A stretch of DNA of 64,000 nt. Source: an uncultured Methylomarinum sp. (GTDB lineage Bacteria > Pseudomonadota > Gammaproteobacteria > Methylococcales > Methylomonadaceae). A model generated the notes under the pieces. It was given only the letters and a program-made list of their open reading frames with translations. It did not search any database and was not told where the DNA came from. Location: positions 16,320 through 80,319 of the forward strand of contig CAYNIU010000001.1 in assembly GCA_964397365.1 (NCBI GenBank), written 5' to 3'. The position numbers and the translations under genes are program-made. How positions within the stretch are numbered: the first letter of the stretch is position 1; each line of letters opens with the position of its first letter. Below are positions 42,649 through 53,538 of the stretch, piece after piece.

Positions 42649-42657
42649 GGGGATCGT

Positions 42658-43290
42658 GTGAAAAGGAAAATTGCTCCTCCGCCGTTATCGGGATTTGACA
42701 ACATCAGGCGTTATTGGGATAAAGAAAATCAAATGATTGCAGCCAAATTAATGCCAGGCGATTATTATGTTACGACGGAAGATGAATTAGTCACCACGGT
42801 GCTGGGTTCTTGTATTGCCGCCTGTATCAGAGATGTGGAATTAGGTATTGGCGGCATGAACCATTTTATGTTGCCGGAAACCACCGAACACAGATTGACA
42901 GGCGGAGAAGAAGCCGTGGTGGGAAATGCAACACGATACGGTAACTATGCCATGGAACATTTAATCAATACAATTTTGCATAATGGAGGAAAGCGTAAAA
43001 ACCTGGAAGTTAAATTATTTGGTGGAGGAAAGATCATTCCAACTCTAGGCGATACCGGACAAAAAAATATCGACTTCGTTTTAGAATATATTGATACAGA
43101 AGCACTCAGATTGGTTTCTCAGGATCTGGGGGGTGTTTATCCCAGAAAAGTTATTTATTTTCCTAAGAGTGGTCGAGTCAGAATGAAAAAAATCAAAGAA
43201 CTGCATAATGATACAATTGCCAGCAGGGAAACCCAATATCGTTCAAGTATTAAGGATATACCTGTTGAAGGTGAAGTGGAATTATTTTAG
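42658..43290 (+). CDS. cheD: Chemoreceptor glutamine deamidase CheD
   Basis: [34 protein letters not shown]. Confidence 0.96.
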   Translation: MKRKIAPPPLSGFDNIRRYWDKENQMIAAKLMPGDYYVTTEDELVTTVLGSCIAACIRDVELGIGGMNHFMLPETTEHRLTGGEEAVVGNATRYGNYAMEHLINTILHNGGKRKNLEVKLFGGGKIIPTLGDTGQKNIDFVLEYIDTEALRLVSQDLGGVYPRKVIYFPKSGRVRMKKIKELHNDTIASRETQYRSSIKDIPVEGEVELF

Positions 43291-43301
43291 GGCATTGGAA
43301 G

Positions 43302-44384
43302 ATGGAAAAAATAAAGTTATTGATTGTTGATGATTCGGCATTAATCAGACAAATGCTGACGCAGATTTTTAACTCATCAGATGACATAGAAGTTGTTGGT
43401 ACGGCGGCTGATCCGGTTATTGCCAGAAATAAAATCAAACAATTAAACCCTGATGTATTAACGCTGGATGTCGAAATGCCGCGTATGGACGGCCTGACTT
43501 TTCTGCGTAATCTGATGCGCTTAAGGCCTATGCCGGTTGTAATGATTTCCACGCTGACAGAAAAAGGTGCTGAAGTCACGCTTAATGCGCTTGAATTGGG
43601 CGCAGTTGATTTTGTTGCCAAGCCCAAGCTAGATGTTTCCAATTCATTAAACGAATATGCAGAAGAGATCATTTCAAAGGTCAGGGGGGCGGCCAAAGCG
43701 CGTGTAAAAGCGTTAAATATTTCAACCTTAAAAACCCAAACAATCAGCAATCACATTTCCGAGAAGCATTCGGCTGACGTGATTCTGCAACCGGCACCGG
43801 CAAAGCAACATTTTAAGACCACAAACAAAATTATTGCGGTAGGTTCTTCAACAGGGGGCACTGAGGCATTTAAACATTTGGTAAAAACCATGCCGACCGG
43901 TTCTCCGGCAATAGTGATAACACAGCATTTGCCGGTTGCTTTCAGTGAGTCTTTTGCCAGGCATGTTAATGATGCCTCGGAAATGAGCGCTTGTATCGCT
44001 CAGGATGGACAGCAGATATTACCCGGCAATATCTATATTGCTCCGGGGGACAAACATCTCATGATTATTAGGGATGGAGCGCGTTATATATGTCGATTGA
44101 ATGACGGCCCACCTGTTAATCGTCACAAACCTTCGGTAGATGTGTTGTTTCGTTCGGTAGCACAAAATGTTGGCAGTAATGCCATTGGAGTAATGTTGAC
44201 CGGGATGGGGGCGGATGGAGCGGGTGGCATGAAAGAAATGCGGGATACAGGCGCTGTCAATATTGTGCAGGATGAGGCAAGCAGTGTGGTATGGGGAATG
44301 CCGGGAGAGGCCTATAAATTAGGTGCGGCGCATCATGTGCTGGCATTGGATAAAATTGCCGCACAGATAATGACCTTAGCTTAG
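43302..44384 (+). CDS. cheB: Chemotaxis methylesterase CheB
   Basis: REC domain plus [26 protein letters not shown]. Confidence 0.97.
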   Translation: MEKIKLLIVDDSALIRQMLTQIFNSSDDIEVVGTAADPVIARNKIKQLNPDVLTLDVEMPRMDGLTFLRNLMRLRPMPVVMISTLTEKGAEVTLNALELGAVDFVAKPKLDVSNSLNEYAEEIISKVRGAAKARVKALNISTLKTQTISNHISEKHSADVILQPAPAKQHFKTTNKIIAVGSSTGGTEAFKHLVKTMPTGSPAIVITQHLPVAFSESFARHVNDASEMSACIAQDGQQILPGNIYIAPGDKHLMIIRDGARYICRLNDGPPVNRHKPSVDVLFRSVAQNVGSNAIGVMLTGMGADGAGGMKEMRDTGAVNIVQDEASSVVWGMPGEAYKLGAAHHVLALDKIAAQIMTLA

Positions 44385-44394
44385 CGGGAATGAT

Positions 44395-45597
44395 ATGACT
44401 GAAATTTTGCTCAAGAATTGGTTGCCCATTTTCGTTAGCACTGCAGTAATGTTATCGGTAATTATATTGGATGTTGACATCGCATTTTGGCTGGGGATAC
44501 CCGTTATTGTTCTTGCATGGGTATATAATTCTTTTCAGATTCAGAAAAATATTCTTTTGGCAGAAGAAAGGCAGGATAATTCGGCAAGTGATAAATTAAA
44601 TCGTGCTATTGATGACTATATTTCCGGATTGGAAGTTTGTGTCGGCCAGGAAATTGCCAGCTTCCAACAGGAGTTACAACAATTAAAATCGGTTTTTGCT
44701 GATGCGGTGGTAACGATGTCAGACAGTTTCAATGGTTTACACTCATTAACTTCAGAGCAGTCCAATGTGGTTTTTTCTCTGGTATCGGAAATGGATGAAA
44801 ATACAGACGGAGACTCTGACCGGTTGAATTTCAGGCAATTTGCTGAAGAAACCGATGAAGTATTGAATTTTTTTATTGATCATATTCTTCAGGTCAGCAA
44901 ACAAAGTATGGAAATGGTAAGTGTCATTCATGATGTTGGTGAACATATGGCGCATGTTGAGAAACTGTTGGGCGATGTGCAAAGTATTGCTGATCAGACT
45001 AATTTGCTGGCATTAAATGCAGCTATTGAAGCGGCTAGAGCCGGTGAAGCCGGCAGAGGATTTGCGGTTGTCGCCGATGAGGTGCGAAATTTGTCCAGAA
45101 ATTCCGATAAGTTCAGCGAAGAAATCAGGGAGGTGGTAAAAGCATCGAAAAACAATATTGATCAGGCTCAGTCCATGATTGAATCAATGGCTTCGAAAGA
45201 TATGAATATAACAATCAATTCAAAAGCCAATATTGACAAAATGATGAAGGATATTGCCTCAATGAATGAGGCGGTAGCGAACAAACTCAATGAAATATCA
45301 CAGTTAACCGGACAAATTGATAATAATGTTAATAATGCGGTCAGGGGATTGCAGTTTGAAGATATGGCGAGGCAGATTGTTGACTATCTTCATTCTAGTA
45401 GTCAACACTTTCAGGCAATGGCTGATGAAATGCGGATCGGTCTTGGGGTATTTAAAACGGGTGACAGTTCAACATGGATAAGCGATTTGCAGCAAGGAAA
45501 AAAACGGTTGCAGGAAATGCGGCAGCAATGGCAAGTAAAAGAACAAAGGGTTGTTTCTCAATCCAGTATGGATGAAGGTAATGTCGATTTGTTTTGA
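44395..45597 (+). CDS. McpA-like methyl-accepting protein
   Basis: N-terminal TM hairpin, [30 protein letters not shown]-terminal [13 protein letters not shown]. Confidence 0.88.
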   Translation: MTEILLKNWLPIFVSTAVMLSVIILDVDIAFWLGIPVIVLAWVYNSFQIQKNILLAEERQDNSASDKLNRAIDDYISGLEVCVGQEIASFQQELQQLKSVFADAVVTMSDSFNGLHSLTSEQSNVVFSLVSEMDENTDGDSDRLNFRQFAEETDEVLNFFIDHILQVSKQSMEMVSVIHDVGEHMAHVEKLLGDVQSIADQTNLLALNAAIEAARAGEAGRGFAVVADEVRNLSRNSDKFSEEIREVVKASKNNIDQAQSMIESMASKDMNITINSKANIDKMMKDIASMNEAVANKLNEISQLTGQIDNNVNNAVRGLQFEDMARQIVDYLHSSSQHFQAMADEMRIGLGVFKTGDSSTWISDLQQGKKRLQEMRQQWQVKEQRVVSQSSMDEGNVDLF

Positions 45598-45642
45598 TAA
45601 TGGCAAACCCTTTAATTGTAAATTGTTTATAGGAATTAGAAA

Positions 45643-45948
45643 ATGGGTATTGAAACAAAACTAGATTCAGCAAGCGGAACATTACATATCAGTGTCAGTG
45701 GGCGTTTTGATTTTGGAGTTCATCAGCAGTTTCGTGACGCTACCAATTTAGCCGGGGATGGTGTTAGAACTATTGAAGTCGATTTGGGACGGACTGATTA
45801 TTTGGATAGTTCGGCGTTAGGTATGTTATTAGTATTACGCGATAAGGTAAACGGTGATAAAAATTCCGTGCATCTTAAAAATGCAGGGCCGGGCGTAAAA
45901 AAGATTTTGGAAATTGCAAATTTTGATAAATTATTTACCTTAAATTGA
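45643..45948 (+). CDS. STAS / anti-sigma-factor antagonist protein
   Basis: GRFDF, DYLDSSALGMLL (phosphorylatable Ser), ILEIANFDKLF. Confidence 0.9.
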   Translation: MGIETKLDSASGTLHISVSGRFDFGVHQQFRDATNLAGDGVRTIEVDLGRTDYLDSSALGMLLVLRDKVNGDKNSVHLKNAGPGVKKILEIANFDKLFTLN

Positions 45949-46128
45949 ATCATGTGCTGTGCCGAATAGCCTGACGGCCTGGAGATTATGCGAGGGTAGT
46001 AATAGAGGATAGCTTGTAAACCATTATGCTTTTTAGTCTGGAAGTATGGGCTTATTCTTTACCGGATTGTCTGTCTTTGAACAGCGCAAGTAGATAAAAC
46101 AATAATAACATTATAAACAGCGGGAAAA

Positions 46129-47229
46129 ATGACAGCACAAACTGATTTTTCAAATATGGTATTCATTCGCGATTTTTTTCGTCGTTTTTTACCTAACTCA
46201 CAAGCTGTTGTCTTGGCTGTTTTTCTTACAGTCGGTTCATTACTGATTTATTTGTTGTCGGATTTATTAATGCCGGTTATTGCTTCCGTTATTCTGGCCT
46301 ATTTGTTGGAAGGCCTGGTGCAGAAATCCGAAAGCAGAAAAATTCCCCGACTACCCGCAGTATACTTAGTGTTTTCAGGATTTATGGCTTGTCTGGGATT
46401 TGTGCTATTTGTGTTGATGCCTATGGTGTCCGGACAGGCTGTACAATTGGTGCAAAATATCCCCAATATTGTTAAAAGCGCGCAGACAGAAATTATGCGT
46501 TTGCCGGTCATGTATCCGCAATTTATTACCGAAAGTAGAATTAAGGATATTATGTTTTCTGTTCAGCAGGAGTTGATTAAATATGGACAGGAACTGATTT
46601 CCGGGTCAGCGGCATCAGTCATCGGTTTGGTAACAGCCGTTGTTTATCTTTTTTTGGTACCGATGATGGTATTTTTCTTTTTGAAAGATAAAAAAATTCT
46701 ATTGAACTGGTTTGTTCAATTTTTACCAAGAGACCGGCATTTAACGGTACGAGTTTGGCAAGAAGTTGATATTCAAATTGGTAATTATGTCAGAGGTAAA
46801 TTTGTTGAGGTTTTTATTCTTTGGTTTGTCAGCTATATCACCTATTCTACTTTAGGTTTGAATTACGCTATGTTACTGGCAGTTTTAATGGGCTTGTCTG
46901 TTGTTATTCCTTATGTGGGGGCTACTCTGGTAACATTTCCGGTACTTGCCATTGCCTATATTCAATGGGGTTTAAGTAGCGATCAGTTTATGTATGTGGT
47001 TGTCGCTTATTCTATTATTCAGGCAATAGATGGAGTGGTTTTGGTGCCTTTGCTATTTTCTGAAGCCGTTAATTTGCATCCGATCGCAATAATTGTGGCA
47101 ATATTATTTTTTGGCGGCTTGTGGGGGTTTTGGGGAGTGTTTTTTGCCATTCCCTTGGCAACATTGGTTAAAGCTGTATTGAGCGCCTGGCCCAGAATTG
47201 ATGATAAAACCCTGAAAACAGGGTATTAG
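46129..47229 (+). CDS. AI-2E family transporter (PerM-like)
   Basis: Multi-TM protein with IGNYVRGK, SVVIPYVGA, LVPLLFSEAVNLHP. Confidence 0.88.
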   Translation: MTAQTDFSNMVFIRDFFRRFLPNSQAVVLAVFLTVGSLLIYLLSDLLMPVIASVILAYLLEGLVQKSESRKIPRLPAVYLVFSGFMACLGFVLFVLMPMVSGQAVQLVQNIPNIVKSAQTEIMRLPVMYPQFITESRIKDIMFSVQQELIKYGQELISGSAASVIGLVTAVVYLFLVPMMVFFFLKDKKILLNWFVQFLPRDRHLTVRVWQEVDIQIGNYVRGKFVEVFILWFVSYITYSTLGLNYAMLLAVLMGLSVVIPYVGATLVTFPVLAIAYIQWGLSSDQFMYVVVAYSIIQAIDGVVLVPLLFSEAVNLHPIAIIVAILFFGGLWGFWGVFFAIPLATLVKAVLSAWPRIDDKTLKTGY

Positions 47230-47264
47230 ATAGATGGGTAAGGAACAACTATAATCGTCATTAC

Positions 47265-48680
47265 TTATAAAATTTCAGACGCATAGTCGGCCAATCGTGA
47301 GCGTTCACCCCGGCGCAGGGTAATATGAGCGCTGTTTTCCCAGGTTTTAAAGCGGTCAACAACATAGGTCAGACCCGAGCTGGTAGCGGTCAGGTAAGGG
47401 GTGTCAATCTGCGCAAGGTTACCGATACAGATGATTTTTGTACCCGGCCCGGCTCGTGTGATTAGCGTTTTCATTTGTTTCGGGGTTAAATTTTGTGCTT
47501 CGTCTATGATCAAATAGCGATTCAAAAAAGTGCGTCCCCGCATGAAATTCAGGGATCTGATTTTAACCCGGTTCATTAATACGTTTTGACTGGCGCCTTG
47601 TTCCCATTCGTCATTTCCTGAGCGGCTGCCTAACAGTTCCAGATTATCCATTAAAGCGCCCATCCAGGGCGCCATTTTTTCTTCCTCTGTTCCCGGTAAA
47701 AAGCCAATATCTTCACCGACTGGCACTGTCTCCCGCGTCATAATGATTTCCTGATAAAGTTTGTGTTCCATTGTCATACTCAATCCGGCAGCAAGCGCCA
47801 GCAAGGTTTTTCCGGTACCGGCAGCACCAAGCAAGGTGACAAAATCCACCTCTGGATCCAATAATACATTCAGGGCAAAATTTTGTTCTCTGTTTTTGGC
47901 GGATATACCCCAGATATTGTTATGCTTGCTGCGGTAATCATGAGCCAGTTCTAAAACAGCTGTTTTGCCATCGCATGATCTGACAATGGCTTCAAAATTG
48001 GAATTTTTTTCAATGTAGAGGTATTGGTTGGGATACCACTCGGAAACCAATGGTCCACTCAGTCTATAGTAGGTTCGGTTATTATCCAGCCAGGATTCCA
48101 TTTTTGAGCCGTGTTCATCCCAGAAATTATCAGCCAGGGCCGTGGCACCACTGTATAGCAGGTCAATATCCTCCAGTGTCTGGTCACTGTGATAATCTTC
48201 AGCATTTAATTCCAGTGCAGCGGCTTTAATACGCATATTGATGTCTTTGGAAACCAGAATAACCTTAATATCAGGATGTTCTTTTGTCAGAGCTTGTACA
48301 ACGCCCAGTATGGAATTATCAGCAATATGACCGGGCATGCTTTCCGGTAACAGATAGGTCAGTTTTTGAGTTTGAAAAAATAAGCGTCCATCAAATTTGG
48401 TTTCAGGATTGGGGTTGTGTTCAATAAGCGATAGCGGCAGGCCTTCATTAATGGTTTTCTGGTTTGCCCCATGAATCAATTCATCCAGAAAACGACTGAC
48501 CTGACGAACATTCCGAGATACTTCAGACAGTCCTCTTTTGGCGCGATCCAGTTCTTCCAGAACAATCATGGGAATAAAAATATTATGTTCCTGGAAATGA
48601 AAGATCGAGGTCGGATCGTGCATCAATACATTAGTATCCAGCACAAAGAGTTTTTTATTTGTGGATGATTGAATATTCAT
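47265..48680 (-). CDS. PIN-PhoH family protein
   Basis: PIN FVLDTNVLMHDP. PhoH GAAGTGKT, GFLPG, RGRTF, DEAQN, GNLAQID. Confidence 0.92.
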   Translation of the reverse strand: MNIQSSTNKKLFVLDTNVLMHDPTSIFHFQEHNIFIPMIVLEELDRAKRGLSEVSRNVRQVSRFLDELIHGANQKTINEGLPLSLIEHNPNPETKFDGRLFFQTQKLTYLLPESMPGHIADNSILGVVQALTKEHPDIKVILVSKDINMRIKAAALELNAEDYHSDQTLEDIDLLYSGATALADNFWDEHGSKMESWLDNNRTYYRLSGPLVSEWYPNQYLYIEKNSNFEAIVRSCDGKTAVLELAHDYRSKHNNIWGISAKNREQNFALNVLLDPEVDFVTLLGAAGTGKTLLALAAGLSMTMEHKLYQEIIMTRETVPVGEDIGFLPGTEEEKMAPWMGALMDNLELLGSRSGNDEWEQGASQNVLMNRVKIRSLNFMRGRTFLNRYLIIDEAQNLTPKQMKTLITRAGPGTKIICIGNLAQIDTPYLTATSSGLTYVVDRFKTWENSAHITLRRGERSRLADYASEIL

Positions 48681-48697
48681 GAGGATTTTTTATCCGT

Positions 48698-49168
48698 TTA
48701 GGATAGCTCCTGGAGTTTTTTTAATACTTCTTGTATGTGAATTTTTACCTTCACTTTACGCCATTCATAAATGAGGATACCCTGTTCGTCGATCAAGAAG
48801 GTACTGCGTTCAATACCTCTGACTTGTTTGCCATACATATTCTTCATTTTAATCACATCAAATAATTGACAGAGGGTTTCTTCTTTATCAGATAGCAGGT
48901 CGAAAGGAAATGCCTGCTTGCATTTAAAGCCTTCATGTACTTTGACGCTATCTCTTGACGCGCCAAGGATAACCGTATTTAGAGCGTTAAATTTTTCGAT
49001 ATTATCACTAAAATCACGACCTTCCTGAGTACAACCGGGGGTATTGTCTCTGGGATAAAAGTAGAGAATGACTTTTTTACCCCGGTAATCCGAGAGTTTG
49101 ATGGATTTGTCGCCGGTTGCAACGGCTTCAAAATCAGGTACGGTAGTATTAATGCTTACGGTGGACAT
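48698..49168 (-). CDS. bcp: Peroxiredoxin Bcp
   Basis: YFYPRDNTPGCTQE, ERSTFLID. Confidence 0.9.
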   Translation of the reverse strand: MSTVSINTTVPDFEAVATGDKSIKLSDYRGKKVILYFYPRDNTPGCTQEGRDFSDNIEKFNALNTVILGASRDSVKVHEGFKCKQAFPFDLLSDKEETLCQLFDVIKMKNMYGKQVRGIERSTFLIDEQGILIYEWRKVKVKIHIQEVLKKLQELS

Positions 49169-49172
49169 ATTG

Positions 49173-49697
49173 TTAACGTTTTATAGGTTCTAAAATGGCA
49201 TCCAGATTCAGGTTGTCACAAAAATCCAGAAGTTCCTCCCGTAAAGAAAGTATACGAACATCAGACGGGATTGACAGAATAAATTTGGTTGAAAACACAG
49301 GACTTTGAAAATAGGGTGCCTGATAACGATTAGCACAGATTTCTTCAATGTGAACATTCTTGCCCAATATATAAGTAGTCAGGTCTTGTATGATGTCAGT
49401 ACGAAACAAAGAAATTGTTTCCAGGGTATATGGAGTGCCTTCACAATTGGTTTTGATGATTTCCGGTCTTAATGTTTGCAGTTGAATATCGTGATGTACT
49501 TTCAGGTGACTCAGGACTGTTTCCAGTTTGGCTATTTGATTCCAGCTGCCTTCGGTTAACAAATAACAAGCTGAGACCAATGAAAGCTGTGAAGTTTTAA
49601 GTTCTATAATGCTGCATTCACAACTAGTGATTGTTGACAATATATCGGCAAGATAATTGTTGTTATTTTTACTTAAAATCGTTATCGCCAGTTGCAT
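49173..49697 (-). CDS. gcvR: Glycine cleavage system regulator GcvR-like (tandem ACT)
   Basis: EGSWNQIAKLE and LREELLDFCDNLNLDAILEP. gcvR-bcp order. Confidence 0.8.
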   Translation of the reverse strand: MQLAITILSKNNNNYLADILSTITSCECSIIELKTSQLSLVSACYLLTEGSWNQIAKLETVLSHLKVHHDIQLQTLRPEIIKTNCEGTPYTLETISLFRTDIIQDLTTYILGKNVHIEEICANRYQAPYFQSPVFSTKFILSIPSDVRILSLREELLDFCDNLNLDAILEPIKR

Positions 49698-50054
49698 AAT
49701 ATAATGGGCATATAAATCAAATCTTCACGTTGTATACAGAAACAAAACTTTACTTCACGTCTACAAGGTGTATGGTTATTTTAATCGCGCTCAGGTCTTC
49801 AGTTTAGTGCAAATCGGCCGAAAAAGATAACACTTATCTTCATCATAGATCAAACCCGCTAGTGAGATGGTTGACGCTGATGAAGGCAGTATGAATGTTG
49901 CCATACCATGAAAGACTGACACAAATGTAAGCGAATTGTCGCGGTTATTTGGTATATGTTCTTGAGTATTTATATGGATTAAAACTATGCTGAATGGTAA
50001 GTTAAGTATCAATTAACTCCTAATACATTAACAGTTATCTGCTAGAGAATAAAA

Positions 50055-51500
50055 ATGGCTGAATCTTCCGACGAAAATAACAAACCTATACCGAATAAGT
50101 TAGCCGATGATCTGGATTCAATGCTGGATGAAACGGAGGCATCTATGGAACAACAACCGGAGGAATTGATTGATGATGAAGATGCAATAGACCGGCTGTT
50201 GATGGACAATGCATTTGATAATGCTGATGAGGAAGTTGATGAGTTTGCCGAGATTGATGAATTGATTGATGAAACCTTTGATCATTCAGATAATCGACCG
50301 GTTGATGACGGTACAGATATTGTGGATGAATTTGCCGACGATGATGATTTAGTGGTTATGGCGGATACTCATGAACCCCAGGATAAGATTGACAATACCC
50401 CTGAAGTAGATGAATTTGCCGGTATTGATGATACGTTGACAAACGACGAGGTGGAATTGAAAAAATCCGCTGAACTGTTTCAGGAGGAAATGGAGGAAGT
50501 CAATAAGGGACAGACAAATGAACAGGACTTGTCTGATGATTTTGATATTTCTGCTGATGAACCTGATTTTGATCCTGAGTCTGAGCCGCCCGCAGAAACA
50601 ACATCCGTTGACAAATCGTCAGAAGTTGATAGTGCAGATCATTCTGATGATAAGCAAAATGAAAGTGCGATAACTGAATTATATGCCCAACTCGCGTCTA
50701 TAAAGGATGAGCAAGTCGCTATGGTGCGGCAAATTGCTGAGGTAGGCCGTAAAGATAATTCGGCGGCTCTTGTTGATGAACTGGAAGGCTTGCAAGGTGA
50801 ACAGAAAAAATTAAAGCATAAATTGAACACAGTTGAAAACAAAAAACCGGTTATTGCTTATGCTGCATTAGCTGTAGCCGTTTTTGCCTTATTATTGGGC
50901 GGTGGATTAGGGGTGGTCGGCTTTGGGGCGGATTCCAAAGTGACCGAACTGACAGATTCGATGGTTGATATTGAAGAGAGTCTGGAAATTCTGACTGAAG
51001 AGAATGTCATTGAAAAGATTAAGGTCTTGAGTCATCGTCTTGACAAGATGGCGTCTGATGTTGCAGAAAATTCTACCCGACTGACGTCAATGAAAAAAGC
51101 AGTAGAAGTTTTATCGAATCAGTCTGAAACTAAAAGTCTTAGTCAGCAGCTGGCGCAATTGGACAATGAAAGTATGCAAATCGGAACGGCTATTGAGTCA
51201 TTACAGCTACAGATTGATGCGCTGGAAAATAAAAAAAAGGGAGTGCGAAGAAAAGCCGTCATTAAGAAAAAATGGGTGGTTAATCTGATTTCCTTTAAGC
51301 AGGAATGGTATGCAAAAAGAAAAGCCGCCGAATTTGAAAAAAAAGGAATTCCGGTTGAAGTTACGAAAGTCGTTATCAAAGGGAAAACCTGGTACAGATT
51401 GAGAGTTAAAGGGTTTAACAGCAAATACGAAGCGGCGGCTTATGCCGCTAAAGTTAAGAAATCTTTAAATTTAACCTCAGTCTGGGTCACAACGGGGTAG
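50055..51500 (+). CDS. Bitopic membrane protein: acidic N-terminus, TM, coiled coil, SPOR domain
   Basis: D/E-rich first ~200 aa, TM IAYAALAVAVFALLLGGGLG, C-terminal WVVNLISFK...WYRLRVKGF...SVWV. Confidence 0.8.
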   Translation: MAESSDENNKPIPNKLADDLDSMLDETEASMEQQPEELIDDEDAIDRLLMDNAFDNADEEVDEFAEIDELIDETFDHSDNRPVDDGTDIVDEFADDDDLVVMADTHEPQDKIDNTPEVDEFAGIDDTLTNDEVELKKSAELFQEEMEEVNKGQTNEQDLSDDFDISADEPDFDPESEPPAETTSVDKSSEVDSADHSDDKQNESAITELYAQLASIKDEQVAMVRQIAEVGRKDNSAALVDELEGLQGEQKKLKHKLNTVENKKPVIAYAALAVAVFALLLGGGLGVVGFGADSKVTELTDSMVDIEESLEILTEENVIEKIKVLSHRLDKMASDVAENSTRLTSMKKAVEVLSNQSETKSLSQQLAQLDNESMQIGTAIESLQLQIDALENKKKGVRRKAVIKKKWVVNLISFKQEWYAKRKAAEFEKKGIPVEVTKVVIKGKTWYRLRVKGFNSKYEAAAYAAKVKKSLNLTSVWVTTG

Positions 51501-51631
51501 GCGTGTTTTTAGAAAAAGCATTAAACCTGATGGTTATTATGGTTTCTTGTGTTAAAAGTAGAACCGGTTCACAAAATATTCCCATAAAAGGAGAAAATTT
51601 CAGCTATTGTTAAGGAATCGTTAATGAGGAT

Positions 51632-52327
51632 ATGGGTATGGCCAATGTTTGTTTGTTGATTGATGATCAATTGGACGATAGCTTGAAATCAAGGCATTTT
51701 TTGCAATCAATAACGGTTTTTTTCGATTGCCGTGAACATGATGAGCTTGAAAAGCTTGTGTATAAAGTTACAAGAGAACCCGGTAACTTGGAAAATCATT
51801 TGCAGCGTATATATTTCTGTTACCGCAACAGCAAATCTGAGCAATTATATGCATCATTAGTTGATTTGCTGACAATTCTTGCGGGTAAAGGGAAGGCTCT
51901 TTCCCGGCGTATTATTCACAGCGTCAGCTCAATAATTGACAAGGAGCAATGGATGGCATTGCAAAAATATCTGACCACTGGTGACGTGGCAATGCTGCCT
52001 CATAGTCAATTTAGCATATTGAATCCTTGCTTATTAGGGGTCGTTCATTTAGTGACTGAAGGTGAAAATACAGTAGTACACTATGATTATTTAACACTGG
52101 CTCACGACTATATTGAATATAGCCAGCTGGGTTCGGCTATTGCTGTGCTTGAACAAGGAATCTCTGAAGATCCTGATGGAATAGAAGGACAAAAACTGTT
52201 GCTGGAACTTTATAAATCCACCGGCGAAGTCAGTCGCTTCAGAGTCATGTATCAATCTGTCAACAAACACATTCTGATTGATGAATGGCAACAACTGGAT
52301 GATTATTTTAATAGCCGGGTATTATGA
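51632..52327 (+). CDS. Hypothetical protein with a FimV-like TPR module at the C-terminus
   Basis: DYLTLAHDYIEYSQLGSAIAVLEQGISEDP..KLLLELY aligns by eye with FimV DPISEADVYLAYGRYQQAEELIRQAIEDQP..KLLEIFY in this window. Confidence 0.65.
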   Translation: MGMANVCLLIDDQLDDSLKSRHFLQSITVFFDCREHDELEKLVYKVTREPGNLENHLQRIYFCYRNSKSEQLYASLVDLLTILAGKGKALSRRIIHSVSSIIDKEQWMALQKYLTTGDVAMLPHSQFSILNPCLLGVVHLVTEGENTVVHYDYLTLAHDYIEYSQLGSAIAVLEQGISEDPDGIEGQKLLLELYKSTGEVSRFRVMYQSVNKHILIDEWQQLDDYFNSRVL

Positions 52328-53523
52328 AACATAAAGGGAAAAACCCATTGAAGGTCGCTTTGCATGGGATGAGCGAACGGCAATATAAAATGATGGAATT
52401 GTTTTTGCAGGGGCCTTGTAAAGGAGCAGCTGTAGTCGTGGAAGTTGCCGATGCAGATATTGATATTATTGATGCTGATTTTGCGACAGCAAAAGATATT
52501 TTCGATGAGCGCCAGAAAAATGCTCCAAAGAGACCTGTTATTGGTATGTCTTTAGAGCATATAAAGCTTGAAAATATTATCTTTTTGAAAAAGCCGGTGA
52601 CTAAAGAAGGCATGTTGGCCGCTCTGGATTTAGGACGGGAATTAACTGAAATTGACGAGCAGTCTCAAAACTATCGGGAAACCATAACATCGGATAAAAC
52701 AACTAAACCAATCGCAGAAAAAACTGTACCGGCCGCAATTCAGGAAAAAAAACCGGTTGATACAGAAGAGCAACAAAAAACGGCCAAGCATAAAGCTTCT
52801 CTGCAATTTAATGAAGGTGGATTTTCTGCATTTATCGGCATTCTTCCTGATATTGACTTTGATAATAGACAGCAAATGCTGGCAGCCAGTTATGACCCCA
52901 AAAAATATTTTCAGGGCTATGTCAGTTCGGCATTTAAAGTAGCGGCTGAAAAAGGCCGGATTTTACAATTAAACTCCAGTTGGAAACCACTGTTGATTTT
53001 TCCGCAAACTTGTGAAGTCTGGGTGGATGCTGATGACCAACAATTAAGAGCATTTGCTGGATTGATTATAAATAGAGCGGCAAAAAACAGCTTGTCATTG
53101 ACGGCAGTTAATTTAAAGACAACGACAGTCAAACAATCCCTTGATAGATTCAATAGTATGGATGCGTTGATGTGGAAACTGGCTATTTGGACTTCAAAAG
53201 GGCGTTATCCCGTTACTATTGATATTGACAGGCCGCTTTATCTCAAGAGATGGCCGGATTTTACCCGTTTGGTTATCACGCCTCACGCTTTACGTATTGC
53301 CGCATTACTGATCAAAGAGCCCCGGACATTATTAAATACGGCTGAAATTTTAAAAATTAAATTACAGTATGTTTTTGTTTTTATCAGTGCTTGTCATGCG
53401 CTGGGGTGGGTGGATCAGCCTGACTGCCAAATCGGATCGTTAATTGTCTCAACTGAAATTAAAACGAATAAATCCAGCGGATTGTTCAGGAAAATATTGG
53501 GTAAATTAAGAGCTTCAAAATAA
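52324..53523 (+). CDS. Hypothetical protein: degenerate REC-like N-terminus, wHTH-like C-terminus, amphipathic tail
   Basis: DIDIIDAD..PVIGMS..FLKKPV (receiver-like), LKRWPDFTRL..ALRIAALL, tail GLFRKILGKL. Confidence 0.6.
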   Translation: MKHKGKNPLKVALHGMSERQYKMMELFLQGPCKGAAVVVEVADADIDIIDADFATAKDIFDERQKNAPKRPVIGMSLEHIKLENIIFLKKPVTKEGMLAALDLGRELTEIDEQSQNYRETITSDKTTKPIAEKTVPAAIQEKKPVDTEEQQKTAKHKASLQFNEGGFSAFIGILPDIDFDNRQQMLAASYDPKKYFQGYVSSAFKVAAEKGRILQLNSSWKPLLIFPQTCEVWVDADDQQLRAFAGLIINRAAKNSLSLTAVNLKTTTVKQSLDRFNSMDALMWKLAIWTSKGRYPVTIDIDRPLYLKRWPDFTRLVITPHALRIAALLIKEPRTLLNTAEILKIKLQYVFVFISACHALGWVDQPDCQIGSLIVSTEIKTNKSSGLFRKILGKLRASK

Positions 53524-53538
53524 TCTATACGCATTGAA

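Noticed and set aside
49791-50012. 73-aa ORF or dapA remnant at the position where dapA often lies divergent from gcvR
   Set aside because: No DapA-like sequence seen. Only a weak inverted repeat (TCAGGTCTTCA / TGAAAGACTGA), too little to call.
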